Shown: positions 32,700 through 43,558, counted from the first letter of the stretch. The stretch: 64,000 bases of DNA from Candidatus Enterousia onthequi (GCA_018064365.1 JAGHVJ010000011.1:13269-77268); one strand, 5' to 3'. The notes: generated by a model not told the origin, from the letters alone. Made by a program: numbers and translations.

Positions 32700-35600
32700 T
32701 CAATCAACCGTCCAACCATCTTTTGTCCCCAGATACATAGGGCTTACTTGTGGTTGTTTCTTTTTCATTCGCAAAGATGCAGAATTAAAGTTGTCAGCAT
32801 TGTTTTCTACACTTCTGGATTCATAAATCCAATCCGGATTAGCGGCCATAACTTGCATAGCCATCAATTCCGTTTGGAGTTGTTCTATTTTTCGTTGCAA
32901 TTTTCTTTGTGCAATGACCAACGCCGCTTTTCTTACTTCATCTTTTTTACCTTCTAGTCTTTGCAATTCTGCTTCTACCTTGGATAATTGTTCTTGTTTT
33001 GAATTCAGGATATCCTTTTTTAAAGCATAATCAACACCGGTATTCAAATCGTTTTGTGATGGACGTCCAAACTTATTATACAATCTGTTAATTTCTTGTT
33101 TGATTGTTTTTTCTTGACGTTTTAAATCATTCGCTTCGCCTGCAGGAAGATTTTTTGATTTACGTTTCAACTGAATTCTGTCAAGTTGATCATGTAAATC
33201 ATTCCATTTTTTAGCGTCACTTCTGCTAATTTCAAGAATATCTTTAGATTTTTCCGCGCCAGGTAACGCTTTACGATCTTCGGACAAATCTTCGCGTTCC
33301 GGTGCGATCGGTAAGAATTCACCGTCTGTTGCACCTGGTAAACCTTTGCGTTCTTCACCACCTGGTAAGCCCTTGTGTTCTTCACCACCTGGTAAACCTT
33401 TGCGTTCAGGCGCAGCCGGTAATCCGTTCCGTTCATCTTCGACCGGAACCACAGGAGCTTCTTCTTGGCGTTCTGGCTCTTGTGGTGTCGGTTCTTTACG
33501 AGGACCAAAAATAGCATCAGCCAACGAACCTAGTCTATCTCTGATTTTTTCAGATGTTGTTTTTGGTGCATATTGCCCAAACATACCCATACCAGAATTA
33601 TTTATCGGCTCATAAACACTATTTACACCATCATGACGAATTGTATCTTCTACTATATGGAAAGGAGATTCCCCATTTGCGTAAGTGTTAAATACAGGTG
33701 TTTCACCATCTGTCAATGTTGTATTTTGATGCAACCAACCATCACGATGCGCTATGGAATCTCCATTAGAAACCACACCAACTTCATTAATAGCAGATAC
33801 CATAGGATCTATTTTTTGAGCAGCCGCCATACCATCTGGGTTTATCGAACCATCTGCATTAAACAGATGTTTCAAAGCGTTTACTTCACTCATATCGATA
33901 CCATGTTCATGAGCCCACCCTGCCCCAAAAACAGTGTGATGTCCGTGTGACGGAATCGGATTTGGATTATAATCAGCGTGTAATCCCATGTTATCCGCAG
34001 TGACACCACCCGCATCACCATTTAATACAATTGCACGATACGGGTCAATTGTAGTTCCATGTTCTGCGTTATATGCCTCGATTGCCTCAACACGTTGTTG
34101 CAATAAATCTGGATTATCTTGATACCATCTTGTTGCGATATCCTTGGCATGTTCCAAAGCCTCGGGAGTATATTCTTGACGTTGTACCCTTTCATCCCAG
34201 GCCTCGTGTCCTTCTGAAACTTTTTTCTGAAAGATTTCGTTATCTGGGTGCGCTTTGTTATACTCACTAATTCCATAATTTGCCGCCGCGCGTCCCGCGA
34301 AACCACCGCCAATAGTAGCCGCAACATTTGCCAAAGACCACACCAAAGATTCTGCTGTACTCATATGCGCATCTTTGGCATCACGATACATTTGAATAGC
34401 ACTTGTTGTACTGCCAATCGCCAAAGCACCATACCCCAAAGGTATCGCAACCTGGGCCAAACCTGCGGCACCAAATACCATAGCCACCGCCCCAAGAGCA
34501 CTGGTTCCCAAAGAAGCCACCAAACGTTTATCTTTGATAAACGCCTTGATATCACATGGTAAACCTTTTGCTTTTTGATTTTTACGCCATTTATGAATCT
34601 GAACAGCACTTTTAGCAATAGCAACAATCACGCCAACCGCAGCAAGACCCGCAGCAAGACTCACACCCGCAAGCGCCGCACCAGCAGTCGCAATTGTTGT
34701 AATAGCAGCACTAACCAAGAAAGCACTGGCAAACCCCTTCAAAATACGAACAAAGAAATCTATTCTTTTTTTGCGCTTATCTTCTGGTGTAGCAGATTTT
34801 GCAAAGCGCGCCTTGGAACGTTTATCTATATTCGAAATCGGTTTAAATAATTTTGAAAAAACGCCTTTGATTTTATCCGCCGAGCCTTTTACCTTGGCCT
34901 TTAATCTCGCGGCAAAACCGGCAGTTTGATTAACCTGGTAATCCATGGCCGCCTGATACCCGCTGTCTGATATTTTGCCACCTTCCTTGCGCAAATTCTT
35001 GATAAAGTCGTCACGGTATTTTGGATCTGTAAACTGTTCTGGATTTTCTGCACCACTGATAATTTTTTCAGCAGTGTCTATTTCATACAATTTGTATAAC
35101 AGTTCTTCGTTGACTTCACTGGCCAAAGCCTTGCCATCAATCTTTTCATCGACTTTCGCAGCATGGCGCAAAACAACCTCGTGTCTTGCCAAATCTACAA
35201 CAGATTGCAAACGACCTTGTTCATCGATAGTACAACCTTTGGCATAATCAGAAACCAGTTTTCCTTTTTTATCGCGGAACTGGGGGATTGGATTACCATC
35301 TTGGTCCAAGAATTTATATTTTGATAAATCTTGTTTCTTGTCTTCTGTTATTTCAACCTTGCCAACAGCGGCACTAACATCATCCAAATGCTTTTCTATT
35401 TTACCAGCATTTTTATCAGAAACATCAGACAATCCGTATTCTTGGTCATATTCTTGGAGTGTTGCTTCTATTTGTTGTTGGTTTTTTGTTAAAATATCTT
35501 TTAAATTCGTATTACCAAGTTCGACAGCACCAACATCTGAATCTTCTAGACGCGCAGCAAACATTTTGTTATAGCCATCGTACGTATCAGCAATATTAGT

Positions 35601-36062
35601 CACATCTATAAAATTCAGGAAACGTTTTTCGTCTTCCGTTGGCAAAACACCCGCACCATTAAATGAGTAAAATTCTGCAGCCAAAGCGTCTATTCTATCA
35701 CGAACAGCACCCAATAATTGTTTATCTTCATCTTTATCAGATTTTTTTAATGATTTATACGCATCTGCCAGTAAACCAGGTGAAACAGTATCAACATTTT
35801 GATTTGCCTGGTATATGCGTTTCACAAAACGTTCAGAAAATTCCAATTGTTGTTTATCCGTCAGCTCTGGAACAACGGTTAATTTTTCATCAATAACACG
35901 AACATCATCAGAATCTTTAACCGCTTTGTAATCTTTGCCAGAAATCAATTTCATATCATGATATATTTCCAATACATCACGACAAAAATTTAACTCTACA
36001 GCGTCTGCATTCAAGGAACGCACACGTTTTGCATTAGTCAAATCTGTTGGTTGTTTAGCCAT
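32700..36062 (-). CDS. very large (1120 aa) membrane-associated orphan protein with internal repeats
   Basis: The central region has several long Ala/Gly-rich hydrophobic segments (for example AFLVSAAITTIATAGAALAGVSLAAGLAAVGVIVAIA). The C-terminal part has ER/HKGLPGG repeats. No enzymatic motif recognised. Confidence 0.6.
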   Translation of the reverse strand: MAKQPTDLTNAKRVRSLNADAVELNFCRDVLEIYHDMKLISGKDYKAVKDSDDVRVIDEKLTVVPELTDKQQLEFSERFVKRIYQANQNVDTVSPGLLADAYKSLKKSDKDEDKQLLGAVRDRIDALAAEFYSFNGAGVLPTEDEKRFLNFIDVTNIADTYDGYNKMFAARLEDSDVGAVELGNTNLKDILTKNQQQIEATLQEYDQEYGLSDVSDKNAGKIEKHLDDVSAAVGKVEITEDKKQDLSKYKFLDQDGNPIPQFRDKKGKLVSDYAKGCTIDEQGRLQSVVDLARHEVVLRHAAKVDEKIDGKALASEVNEELLYKLYEIDTAEKIISGAENPEQFTDPKYRDDFIKNLRKEGGKISDSGYQAAMDYQVNQTAGFAARLKAKVKGSADKIKGVFSKLFKPISNIDKRSKARFAKSATPEDKRKKRIDFFVRILKGFASAFLVSAAITTIATAGAALAGVSLAAGLAAVGVIVAIAKSAVQIHKWRKNQKAKGLPCDIKAFIKDKRLVASLGTSALGAVAMVFGAAGLAQVAIPLGYGALAIGSTTSAIQMYRDAKDAHMSTAESLVWSLANVAATIGGGFAGRAAANYGISEYNKAHPDNEIFQKKVSEGHEAWDERVQRQEYTPEALEHAKDIATRWYQDNPDLLQQRVEAIEAYNAEHGTTIDPYRAIVLNGDAGGVTADNMGLHADYNPNPIPSHGHHTVFGAGWAHEHGIDMSEVNALKHLFNADGSINPDGMAAAQKIDPMVSAINEVGVVSNGDSIAHRDGWLHQNTTLTDGETPVFNTYANGESPFHIVEDTIRHDGVNSVYEPINNSGMGMFGQYAPKTTSEKIRDRLGSLADAIFGPRKEPTPQEPERQEEAPVVPVEDERNGLPAAPERKGLPGGEEHKGLPGGEERKGLPGATDGEFLPIAPEREDLSEDRKALPGAEKSKDILEISRSDAKKWNDLHDQLDRIQLKRKSKNLPAGEANDLKRQEKTIKQEINRLYNKFGRPSQNDLNTGVDYALKKDILNSKQEQLSKVEAELQRLEGKKDEVRKAALVIAQRKLQRKIEQLQTELMAMQVMAANPDWIYESRSVENNADNFNSASLRMKKKQPQVSPMYLGTKDGWTVD
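33332..33412. repeat. 3 x 27-nt tandem repeat inside the 1120-aa gene
   Basis: Units at 33332-33358, 33359-33385 and 33386-33412 (CACCTGGTAA(A/G)CC(T/C)TTG(C/T)GTTC...) encode EE(R/H)KGLPGG. A degenerate fourth unit follows. Confidence 0.8.
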
Positions 36063-36294
36063 AACTTTCTCCTTTGGGGTTTATCTTTTCTATTGTTATA
36101 CTGGGGATTATATCATAAGTTTTGATATTACGCAAGTAATAAATTGACAAACAATTTCATTTTTGTCAATCGGTATATAAATAAAAATTATCGACATAAA
36201 GCGTATGCTAAACACCAATAAAATCACTGCTTAAAAACTTGACTTTGGCATCGGTCATGAATACAATCGTTTGGAACAGATAAATATGTAATGG

Positions 36295-37737
36295 ATGGTA
36301 AAAATGGCTGAAAAACTTTATTTTTATAACACAATGTCCAGGGCGATAGACGCATTTGAACCCGCAGATGCCGCAGAGGTTAAAATGTATTGCTGTGGAC
36401 CAACGGTTTACAATTATGCACATATCGGCAATCTGAGAACTTATATTTTTGAAGATTTGTTAGCAAAAACTATTCGTATGGCAGGTTATAAACTGAAACA
36501 CGTTATGAACATAACAGACGTTGGCCATTTGACAAGTGATGCTGATACAGGCGAAGATAAAATGTTGTTGGCCGCAGAAAAAGAGAAAATTCAGGTATTG
36601 GACCTGGCTCGCAAGTATGAAAAAGTGTTTTTTGATCACACATCGGCATTGGGATTAAATCGCCCCGACGTGGTGGCACGCGCAACTGAACATATCCAAG
36701 ATATGATAAAATTTGTCCAAAAATTAGAAGAAAAAGGCTATGCTTATTTTTCTAATGGGAATGTTTACTTTGATACTGCCAAGTTTCCAGAATATGGCAA
36801 ACTGTCTGGACAAAACCGTTCTGAACTACGCCATGGTGCCAGAGTTGAACAAGACGAAAATAAACGTAATCCATCGGATTTTGTTTTGTGGTTTACTACA
36901 TCAAAATTCGCAAACCAAATATTACAATGGGATTCCCCGTGGGGCAAAGGGTATCCTGGGTGGCATATAGAATGTTCAACAATGGCCATGAAATATTTAG
37001 GCGAGCATTTGGATATTCATTGTGGCGGGATTGACCATATCGCCGTTCATCACGAAAACGAAATCGCCCAAAGCGAGGCTTTTTTGGGACACACATGGGT
37101 CAACACGTGGATGCATGCTGCATTTTTACAGATGAAAGATGGAAAAATGTCCAAATCCAAAGGCGAATTTTTAACTTTGGATACATTGGTTGAAAAAGGA
37201 TATAAACCCGAACACTATAAATATTTTTGCCTGTCTTCACACTATAAGACATCTGCAAACTTTACTTTCGAGGCTTTGGATGCGGCTAAGAATTCTTATG
37301 AAACATTAATCAATAAAATAAGTGAATTAAAAAGACTTGCCACTTCGGATGATTTTGTGGATTCAGCAAAAGAGGCGGACAGTATAAAAACATTTAATTC
37401 TTTTATGTTTAACGATTTGAAAACGCCCCAGGCATTGGCCACCATATGGGATGTATTAAAAGACCAATCCATCCCTGCGAAGTCAAAGTTAAACTTTGTA
37501 GAACATGTTGACAAGATATTTGGGCTGTCTTTGGACAAAACCATAAAAGCACAAGAGACAGAGTTTGTTATTTCAGATGATATGACCAAGATAGTAGAAC
37601 AACGGCAACAAGCAAGAACGAATAAAGATTGGGCAAAATCTGATGAATTAAGGGATTTGTTGTTGGCAAACGGTATCGGCATTAAAGATTTACCAAATAA
37701 TCAGTACCAATTGTTTGCAGCAAAAAAATCTGATTAA
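36295..37737 (+). CDS. cysS: cysteine--tRNA ligase
   Basis: Class I motifs HIGN (YAHIGNLRTY) and KMSKS (GKMSKSKGEF). About 477-480 aa. The start could instead be the ATG at 36304. Confidence 0.9.
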   Translation: MVKMAEKLYFYNTMSRAIDAFEPADAAEVKMYCCGPTVYNYAHIGNLRTYIFEDLLAKTIRMAGYKLKHVMNITDVGHLTSDADTGEDKMLLAAEKEKIQVLDLARKYEKVFFDHTSALGLNRPDVVARATEHIQDMIKFVQKLEEKGYAYFSNGNVYFDTAKFPEYGKLSGQNRSELRHGARVEQDENKRNPSDFVLWFTTSKFANQILQWDSPWGKGYPGWHIECSTMAMKYLGEHLDIHCGGIDHIAVHHENEIAQSEAFLGHTWVNTWMHAAFLQMKDGKMSKSKGEFLTLDTLVEKGYKPEHYKYFCLSSHYKTSANFTFEALDAAKNSYETLINKISELKRLATSDDFVDSAKEADSIKTFNSFMFNDLKTPQALATIWDVLKDQSIPAKSKLNFVEHVDKIFGLSLDKTIKAQETEFVISDDMTKIVEQRQQARTNKDWAKSDELRDLLLANGIGIKDLPNNQYQLFAAKKSD

Positions 37738-37906
37738 AAAGACGTGTTTTAAATTTGCGACACACAACAATATTCGACAAAAATACAACAGGTATTCGTA
37801 CCGTGTAGTGTTGTGTGCGCCACACAAATGGTCTTTTTGTTTTAACGCAATAAAAACAACTTGTTTTTAGGCTATTTATTAAAAAATATAAAAACGCAGC
37901 ACAAAG

Positions 37907-37934
37907 TTGACAATCAGAAATTTTGTGCTATCAT
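37907..37934 (+). promoter_or_regulatory. sigma70-type promoter embedded in an 8-bp inverted repeat
   Basis: TTGACA (37907-37912), 16-nt spacer, TATCAT (37929-37934). AGCACAAA (about 37897-37904) and TTTGTGCT (37921-37928) flank the -35 element. Confidence 0.45.
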
Positions 37935-37968
37935 CCTTGTAAAAATAAACAAAAAAGGTTAAAGAAAG

Positions 37969-40900
37969 ATGACTATCCCAAAGACACTGTTGGACATGCC
38001 TGCCGAGGAACGCGAGCGTTTGAACGAAATATTTGACGGATTAACAAACAACAAAGACACAGTACTAAAAGCAGCGACATCCGCCGAAGATGACGAATAC
38101 ACAAAACAAGTCCAAAAAAAGATTGACGAGGCTGTCGCACTTGGTTTTTCTGACAATTATGTGTTAATGGGGATTAAACCTGGACCACATCCTGGACCAA
38201 AAGAAGCAGCACGAACATTATATGATTTGGGCACTCTTGTTTCGCCACCTAGGGGCGTTGACTGCAACGACTTTGCTTTTGCTGTTTATTACAAAAACGT
38301 TGTCGACTTTTTTGGATTAAACGATGCTCTCATCGACGCAAACAATAGCAATATTGACGATGTAATAAAAATGGTGACAAAACACAAAAAAGAAAGTTAT
38401 CTTTTGTTAGGATTAGCCACGATAACCCAGTCTATTTTTGATGCCAGAGATCTGTCCGCAGATGTTTATATGGAACAATTGGCTAAATCTGAAAACCATG
38501 CCCCCATCGCAAAACACATAAAAACAACGGATGATAAAATTACATTTTTATTATCATTGTGTTCTGGCGATATGAGTTTAGAGACCGCTAGCGAACAAGA
38601 CCTTTTATCAGCGGAAATTTTTAGGCACATGGTTCTGTTAGCGATAGACAAAATAAAGAAAGAACAAGATGTCAAAAAAATCGATGAAATATTTTATCAA
38701 TTTGTTGACAACTGTTTAATTGACAATTTACAACAAAAACTGGACCGTTATAAACGTTTGCCGACTGCAACACCTAATAACTCTGAAGTGATATTGAATA
38801 ACGGAGAAAGCGTCTATCTGGTCGATATATCACCCAATAAGAATCCAAACAAAGATAAAGTATATGAAGTTGCACACAGTATTGATGTTAGCAAAATAAT
38901 TGATAAAACGTCTGATTTTTCTAATTTGATTGTGCATGGTGATTTTATTTGCAACAAAAAGAAGTCAAATGCAACAATAACTTTGCCACAATACATATAT
39001 GGAAATTTAGATTGTTCCAGTTGCGATACAAATTTATTAAAAAATGTAAAAAACATTCCACAGGGAACAAAATCTATCGATTTTACACACACTATTACAA
39101 ATTTCAGTGATTTATCTGATGTTATATTTCCTGATTCTGTTATCAGTTTGCAACTGGCGAGATACACAATAAATAAAATTTTGAAAAACCCCGTAGAGTT
39201 GGAAAGTTTTCAAGAGTTTACAAAAAAATATCCAGCAATAAAAGTATACGATGACAAGGGGATATGTTTACAAGATAAAATCGCCCAATTATCACAACCA
39301 AAAACGGTCGAACAAGAAGAAACAAAATCTAAAAAGGCCGTTCAACAACAAGTTGTGGATGATTCTGTGCTTTTTGAAAAAACAGATGAATGGTTATCTC
39401 GTAAAGATATTATTACCATACTGCAACAAGAAGACTTTTTCAAAAGTAACAATCTTGATTTGGATAGATTAATCAGACTCGCAACCAAAACAGCAAAAAT
39501 ATCATCTAAAACATATAATGATATCGTTTGTATTCATGTTTCTTGTCTTGAACAACTAAAACATACAATATTAGAAATAATAAAAGAAAACGAACAACGT
39601 TCTTTGTCCAAACAAGAAGAAAACGTTTCTGTTGTGAACGCTGAACAAACAAAAACACAAGTTCAACAAGAAAAACCTATCGTTATCGAAAAATACATTC
39701 CCAGTTCTGTGTGGAGGGATATTTGTAAAACCTGTGGTGACGGTAAACATACATTGTTGGCATTATTACAAGATGCAGATTGCATTAACATAGACCCAAC
39801 AATCACGCCAGATAATCAGGTTTATTATTTTGATAAAAACAATGTCAAAGCCAAAGCGTCTTCGTTTAAATGCGAAACAGGTTCTTGTTTTACACAGAGT
39901 CCAGACACACATGCAAAACTGGGCAGAAAACGTATCGTATGGTCAGTGGTTCACGAACAAGATACCGTTTTTATGGTTGCATTGGGCTTTTTCGAAGAAC
40001 ATTCTGGCACAGGCCGTATTTCTAAACAGTATGGTATCTTAATTAACAATGCAAAAAAATGTTTGTATCAAGATGCCACCATTACTTTGAAATCTGTAAA
40101 AGATATGCAAACAGTTAGAAAGTTATTAGCAGAACAAATGGCATCAGAAAAAAAGTCAACAAACCAACAAAAAACTTTACAAACATCCGATACAGAAAAC
40201 ACACCTATGCAAGAGACAACACCAGAATCCCAACCTGATGCAAACGAAAGCGTTGTTGAACCCGTTGGTCAAACAGAACAGCCTCAAACAGTTACAACAC
40301 AAATCACATCAGAACAACAGGAAATAAAAGATGTTGTAAATGTACCGGTTGCGCCTATTGACAAAACAGAGGACACAAAGCAAACAAAAACAACCGAACA
40401 AGTGCCAGAACAAACACAAGCCCCGGTTGTTGTTGTGCCAAAACATAGACGTCCAAGGATTGGCGAACACAGGGTACTCGTTCCGGCTGACGACCAAAAA
40501 GCACCACAAGTAAATCAACAACAAAATTTCCTACAAAAGTCTGAACCGGCAACAAAAGGAAACAGTAATATGAAAAAAACTGAAAAACAAACCGCACATA
40601 AATTTACATTGAGCGATGTGCAACTGATGGAAAAATACATTCAGTTTGTATTAGATGCTTTGACTGAAAAAATTGCAAGTCTGGACACCCAAATCAATGA
40701 GGCAAACAATAAAGTCCAGACTTTAATGACGCGTATAAGCAGTCAATCACAACAAGTCATCCAGGCGAGCGAAACATCACAAACACAAGCCGATTTTGAA
40801 AATTGGAACAAGTTAATTCAATCCAGAAATCAAACACTGGAACAAAATAAAAACATTCAAGAAGCACAGAAGAACTTGTTAAAACAACAAAATAATTCTG

Positions 40901-41130
40901 ATGTAAATTTATCTGAATCGGATTTAACTGTTGTAAAAGCCTGCATTAATACATTTGCAACAAATTTAAACAAACAAATCAAAATTGCCAAAGAAAAAGT
41001 CGATACAACAATGGCAAGCACCAATGTGGATGACCAAGTAAATGCAGTCAATAAACTTGGCGACATTTTACTACAAAAAAAGTCTATTGATTATATATGT
41101 AATAAAATTGCTCAACAAAAAGCAAAATAA
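37969..41130 (+). CDS. very large (1053 aa) Gln/Thr/Lys-rich orphan protein
   Basis: Long uninterrupted ORF. The C-terminal third is low-complexity (QQ, TEQ, PQ runs) and coiled-coil-like. No motif recognised. Confidence 0.6.
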   Translation: MTIPKTLLDMPAEERERLNEIFDGLTNNKDTVLKAATSAEDDEYTKQVQKKIDEAVALGFSDNYVLMGIKPGPHPGPKEAARTLYDLGTLVSPPRGVDCNDFAFAVYYKNVVDFFGLNDALIDANNSNIDDVIKMVTKHKKESYLLLGLATITQSIFDARDLSADVYMEQLAKSENHAPIAKHIKTTDDKITFLLSLCSGDMSLETASEQDLLSAEIFRHMVLLAIDKIKKEQDVKKIDEIFYQFVDNCLIDNLQQKLDRYKRLPTATPNNSEVILNNGESVYLVDISPNKNPNKDKVYEVAHSIDVSKIIDKTSDFSNLIVHGDFICNKKKSNATITLPQYIYGNLDCSSCDTNLLKNVKNIPQGTKSIDFTHTITNFSDLSDVIFPDSVISLQLARYTINKILKNPVELESFQEFTKKYPAIKVYDDKGICLQDKIAQLSQPKTVEQEETKSKKAVQQQVVDDSVLFEKTDEWLSRKDIITILQQEDFFKSNNLDLDRLIRLATKTAKISSKTYNDIVCIHVSCLEQLKHTILEIIKENEQRSLSKQEENVSVVNAEQTKTQVQQEKPIVIEKYIPSSVWRDICKTCGDGKHTLLALLQDADCINIDPTITPDNQVYYFDKNNVKAKASSFKCETGSCFTQSPDTHAKLGRKRIVWSVVHEQDTVFMVALGFFEEHSGTGRISKQYGILINNAKKCLYQDATITLKSVKDMQTVRKLLAEQMASEKKSTNQQKTLQTSDTENTPMQETTPESQPDANESVVEPVGQTEQPQTVTTQITSEQQEIKDVVNVPVAPIDKTEDTKQTKTTEQVPEQTQAPVVVVPKHRRPRIGEHRVLVPADDQKAPQVNQQQNFLQKSEPATKGNSNMKKTEKQTAHKFTLSDVQLMEKYIQFVLDALTEKIASLDTQINEANNKVQTLMTRISSQSQQVIQASETSQTQADFENWNKLIQSRNQTLEQNKNIQEAQKNLLKQQNNSDVNLSESDLTVVKACINTFATNLNKQIKIAKEKVDTTMASTNVDDQVNAVNKLGDILLQKKSIDYICNKIAQQKAK

Positions 41131-41137
41131 AAAATCA

Positions 41138-41157
41138 CCGCCCATTTGGGCGGTTTT
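41138..41157 (+). terminator. rho-independent terminator
   Basis: CCGCCC ATTT GGGCGG followed by TTTT, directly after the stop at 41130. Confidence 0.65.
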
Positions 41158-41177
41158 ATTCTTTCTGGAACTTTATA

Positions 41178-42296
41178 CTAAATGCCAAATTTATATTCTA
41201 CGCCACTTTCGTGTGGAATTAGCGTTAAAGTTTTGTTTTCTAAATCATATACAGAAGTGTGTGTTGTGTACCATGTTTTTCCGGTTCTTTCATGTTGTTC
41301 AAACATGGACACAGCCGTTTCAATCACAGGCACAAAATCTTGCAGAGGTGATGATATTGTCACATCTTTATAGGCGGGACTAAAATCACCAACATATTCG
41401 GAATACCAAAACGGTGTTGTGTTCTTGTTATAGGCATTTGTGTACCAAACACTTTTCAACAAAGAAATCATTCCATCATTTGTCGATGCGTTATTATAAT
41501 TTTCGCGCAAAATATTAAAACGTTCTATTCCCGCAGAATGAGGCGTTTTATCAACCGCCAAATAGAAATTTGTCATAATATTAGCGTTTTCTACAACAAC
41601 CAATTCATTATTTATAAATTCCACCACAACAGTTTTTTCTGGGTCAGAAATCATAAAATGCCCTTCTTCGTGTTTATCGCCATTGTTCATCGCATATATG
41701 TTTTTTGATTTCAATAACTCTATTGCAGAATCAACAGAATCTGCATAATCTAAAACATAACGAATTACAGACACAAAATACATATCATCGCCATCCGGAT
41801 TTGTCCCTGTGGTCAAAGGCATATCGCCAAATGGAACAACATTTATGTTTATCGCGACACCTGCATCATTTATTCCGTCAACAACACGAAACGGCAAGAT
41901 TTTATATCCGTCGGTATATAAACCACTGTCCACAAAATCAACACTGGTACCAGGAACCATTGTTGCAATACCCACCGAAGCATGCCGACCATTTTTTGCA
42001 GATGTATGAACGATAAACTCTACATTTTCATCGTAATACCAATCATAATTGCGTCCATGAAAATTGCCGTTGCGCACACTGGAACAAGCGCCTAAATTTG
42101 GATTATTATATTTGCGATTAAAAGATTCCGCAAATTGGTAGTCATAATCATCATAATAGACCTCGTAAAAATAATCTGCGACCTTGGACAATTTCAGATT
42201 TTTCATAAAAACTTCATTTTGCGATTTATTATCACAAGCAGTTAAACCAAAAACACACAAACACCCAAGTATTGTAAAAAATTTTTTCATAGGCAC
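41178..42296 (-). CDS. Ntn-hydrolase lipoprotein (choloylglycine hydrolase / linear amide C-N hydrolase family)
   Basis: Signal peptide with LTAC lipobox. Family-like segment GACSSVRNGNFHGRNYDW (candidate nucleophile Cys plus the R-N-x-D-W motif). Confidence 0.6.
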   Translation of the reverse strand: MPMKKFFTILGCLCVFGLTACDNKSQNEVFMKNLKLSKVADYFYEVYYDDYDYQFAESFNRKYNNPNLGACSSVRNGNFHGRNYDWYYDENVEFIVHTSAKNGRHASVGIATMVPGTSVDFVDSGLYTDGYKILPFRVVDGINDAGVAININVVPFGDMPLTTGTNPDGDDMYFVSVIRYVLDYADSVDSAIELLKSKNIYAMNNGDKHEEGHFMISDPEKTVVVEFINNELVVVENANIMTNFYLAVDKTPHSAGIERFNILRENYNNASTNDGMISLLKSVWYTNAYNKNTTPFWYSEYVGDFSPAYKDVTISSPLQDFVPVIETAVSMFEQHERTGKTWYTTHTSVYDLENKTLTLIPHESGVEYKFGI

Positions 42297-42390
42297 CCTC
42301 CCCCCACTTTTTTTGTTATTACAACAGAGAGAATACTATGATTTAATCAAAAGAGTCAACAAGAATAGTTATCCAAGGAAATAATTGGGA

Positions 42391-43293
42391 TTAGTATAAC
42401 ACCTCTATCTGGACATGCTGTTCACGGCAGAAATTGGCGAAAAAGCTGACAAATGCACGTATTTTTTGAGAATCAGCAATTTCAGTTCTGCAAACACAAT
42501 GTACTTCGGTTTCGTATTGGTATGGAACAGTGTCCAGCGCAACCAGATTATGACTATATTTTTCAAACCATGATGGTAAAACTGTAATTCCATCCCCAGC
42601 ATTAACCAAACGATATATCAGCGCCAAAGAATCTGATGTAGTATTCAAATGTTTTGCACGTTTGACGATGCTCTGATACTCTGGCAAGTTCAGATACCGT
42701 TTTGCCATACATAAATCATGGTTTTCCAATAAATCTTCCAAATTTTTTGGTGGCGTGTGAGAATTCAGATATTGTTTACTGGCATAAAATTGTGTGTGGG
42801 CCTTGAATTTAAATAAAATTTTACCGTGGATATTCGTGCGGACCTTGGAGTCGATTATCAATATATCTGTATTTTCAATATCTGGTTCTTGTTTCATTAA
42901 CAAATCCAGACGAATTTTTGGGTATTGTGCATAGAATGCAGACATATTTTGCATAATAAAACTGCCAATCAGGCCTTCTTCGGTCCAGACGGATATAAAG
43001 CCAGACAAATCGTCAAAATTCGCGAATTTGTTTAAAATATTATCCAGTGTTTTTTCTATGACGTCTATTTCACTGTATATCAACTGGGTAGAATTTGTTG
43101 GGATACTACCTTCGTAATTTCTGTCGATGCATTTGGTATTCAATCGTGTTTCCAAATCTTTTATCAATTGGGACATATTGGAATTTTTGATACCGTTTTC
43201 AAGGGCAGCAGCCTGGATGCTGCCCTTGTCGACAATTTCTTTCAGAGCCAATAACTCTTTCAGTAAAATAATTTTTGTTTTCAAAGTAGCCAC
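42391..43293 (-). CDS. LysR-family transcriptional regulator
   Basis: 300 aa. N-terminal HTH (GSIQAAALENGIKNSNMSQLIKDLETRL) plus a substrate-binding-domain-sized C-terminus. Confidence 0.75.
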   Translation of the reverse strand: MATLKTKIILLKELLALKEIVDKGSIQAAALENGIKNSNMSQLIKDLETRLNTKCIDRNYEGSIPTNSTQLIYSEIDVIEKTLDNILNKFANFDDLSGFISVWTEEGLIGSFIMQNMSAFYAQYPKIRLDLLMKQEPDIENTDILIIDSKVRTNIHGKILFKFKAHTQFYASKQYLNSHTPPKNLEDLLENHDLCMAKRYLNLPEYQSIVKRAKHLNTTSDSLALIYRLVNAGDGITVLPSWFEKYSHNLVALDTVPYQYETEVHCVCRTEIADSQKIRAFVSFFANFCREQHVQIEVLY

Positions 43294-43336
43294 ACCTTTA
43301 TGTTAACAATATAAATATTTTTGTAAACAAAAATGT

Positions 43337-43558
43337 TTATATTCCTTTCACAAATTCTTCCAGTGTTGCACCTGTGGCATTTAAAATTTTTGCAATACTG
43401 TTAGTAGATGGCCACCGTGGTTGACCATATTTCGACCAACGTTTACTTTTATTAAAAGATGTTGCGTCCAATCCACTGTATTTCGCCAATCCAGAACAAG
43501 ACATATTATGTTGACTAGCAAAGTTATCTATTGCTGTCCAAATATCGTTGTGTGTCAT
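43337..43558 (-). CDS. stand-alone HTH protein resembling the N-terminal domain of S24/LexA-like phage repressors
   Basis: IWTAIDNFASQHNMSCSGLAKYSGLDATSFNKSKR...RWPSTNSIAKILNATG follows the pattern I know from alphaproteobacterial repressor N-termini. No peptidase domain is present. Confidence 0.5.
   Translation of the reverse strand: MTHNDIWTAIDNFASQHNMSCSGLAKYSGLDATSFNKSKRWSKYGQPRWPSTNSIAKILNATGATLEEFVKGI

Noticed and set aside
42297-42305. C-rich tract (CCCTCCCCCC) upstream of the Ntn-hydrolase gene as a phase-variation switch
   Set aside because: On the coding strand it reads GGGGGGAGGG directly upstream of the ATG, so it is a strong Shine-Dalgarno region. A 6-nt homopolymer is short for slipped-strand switching.
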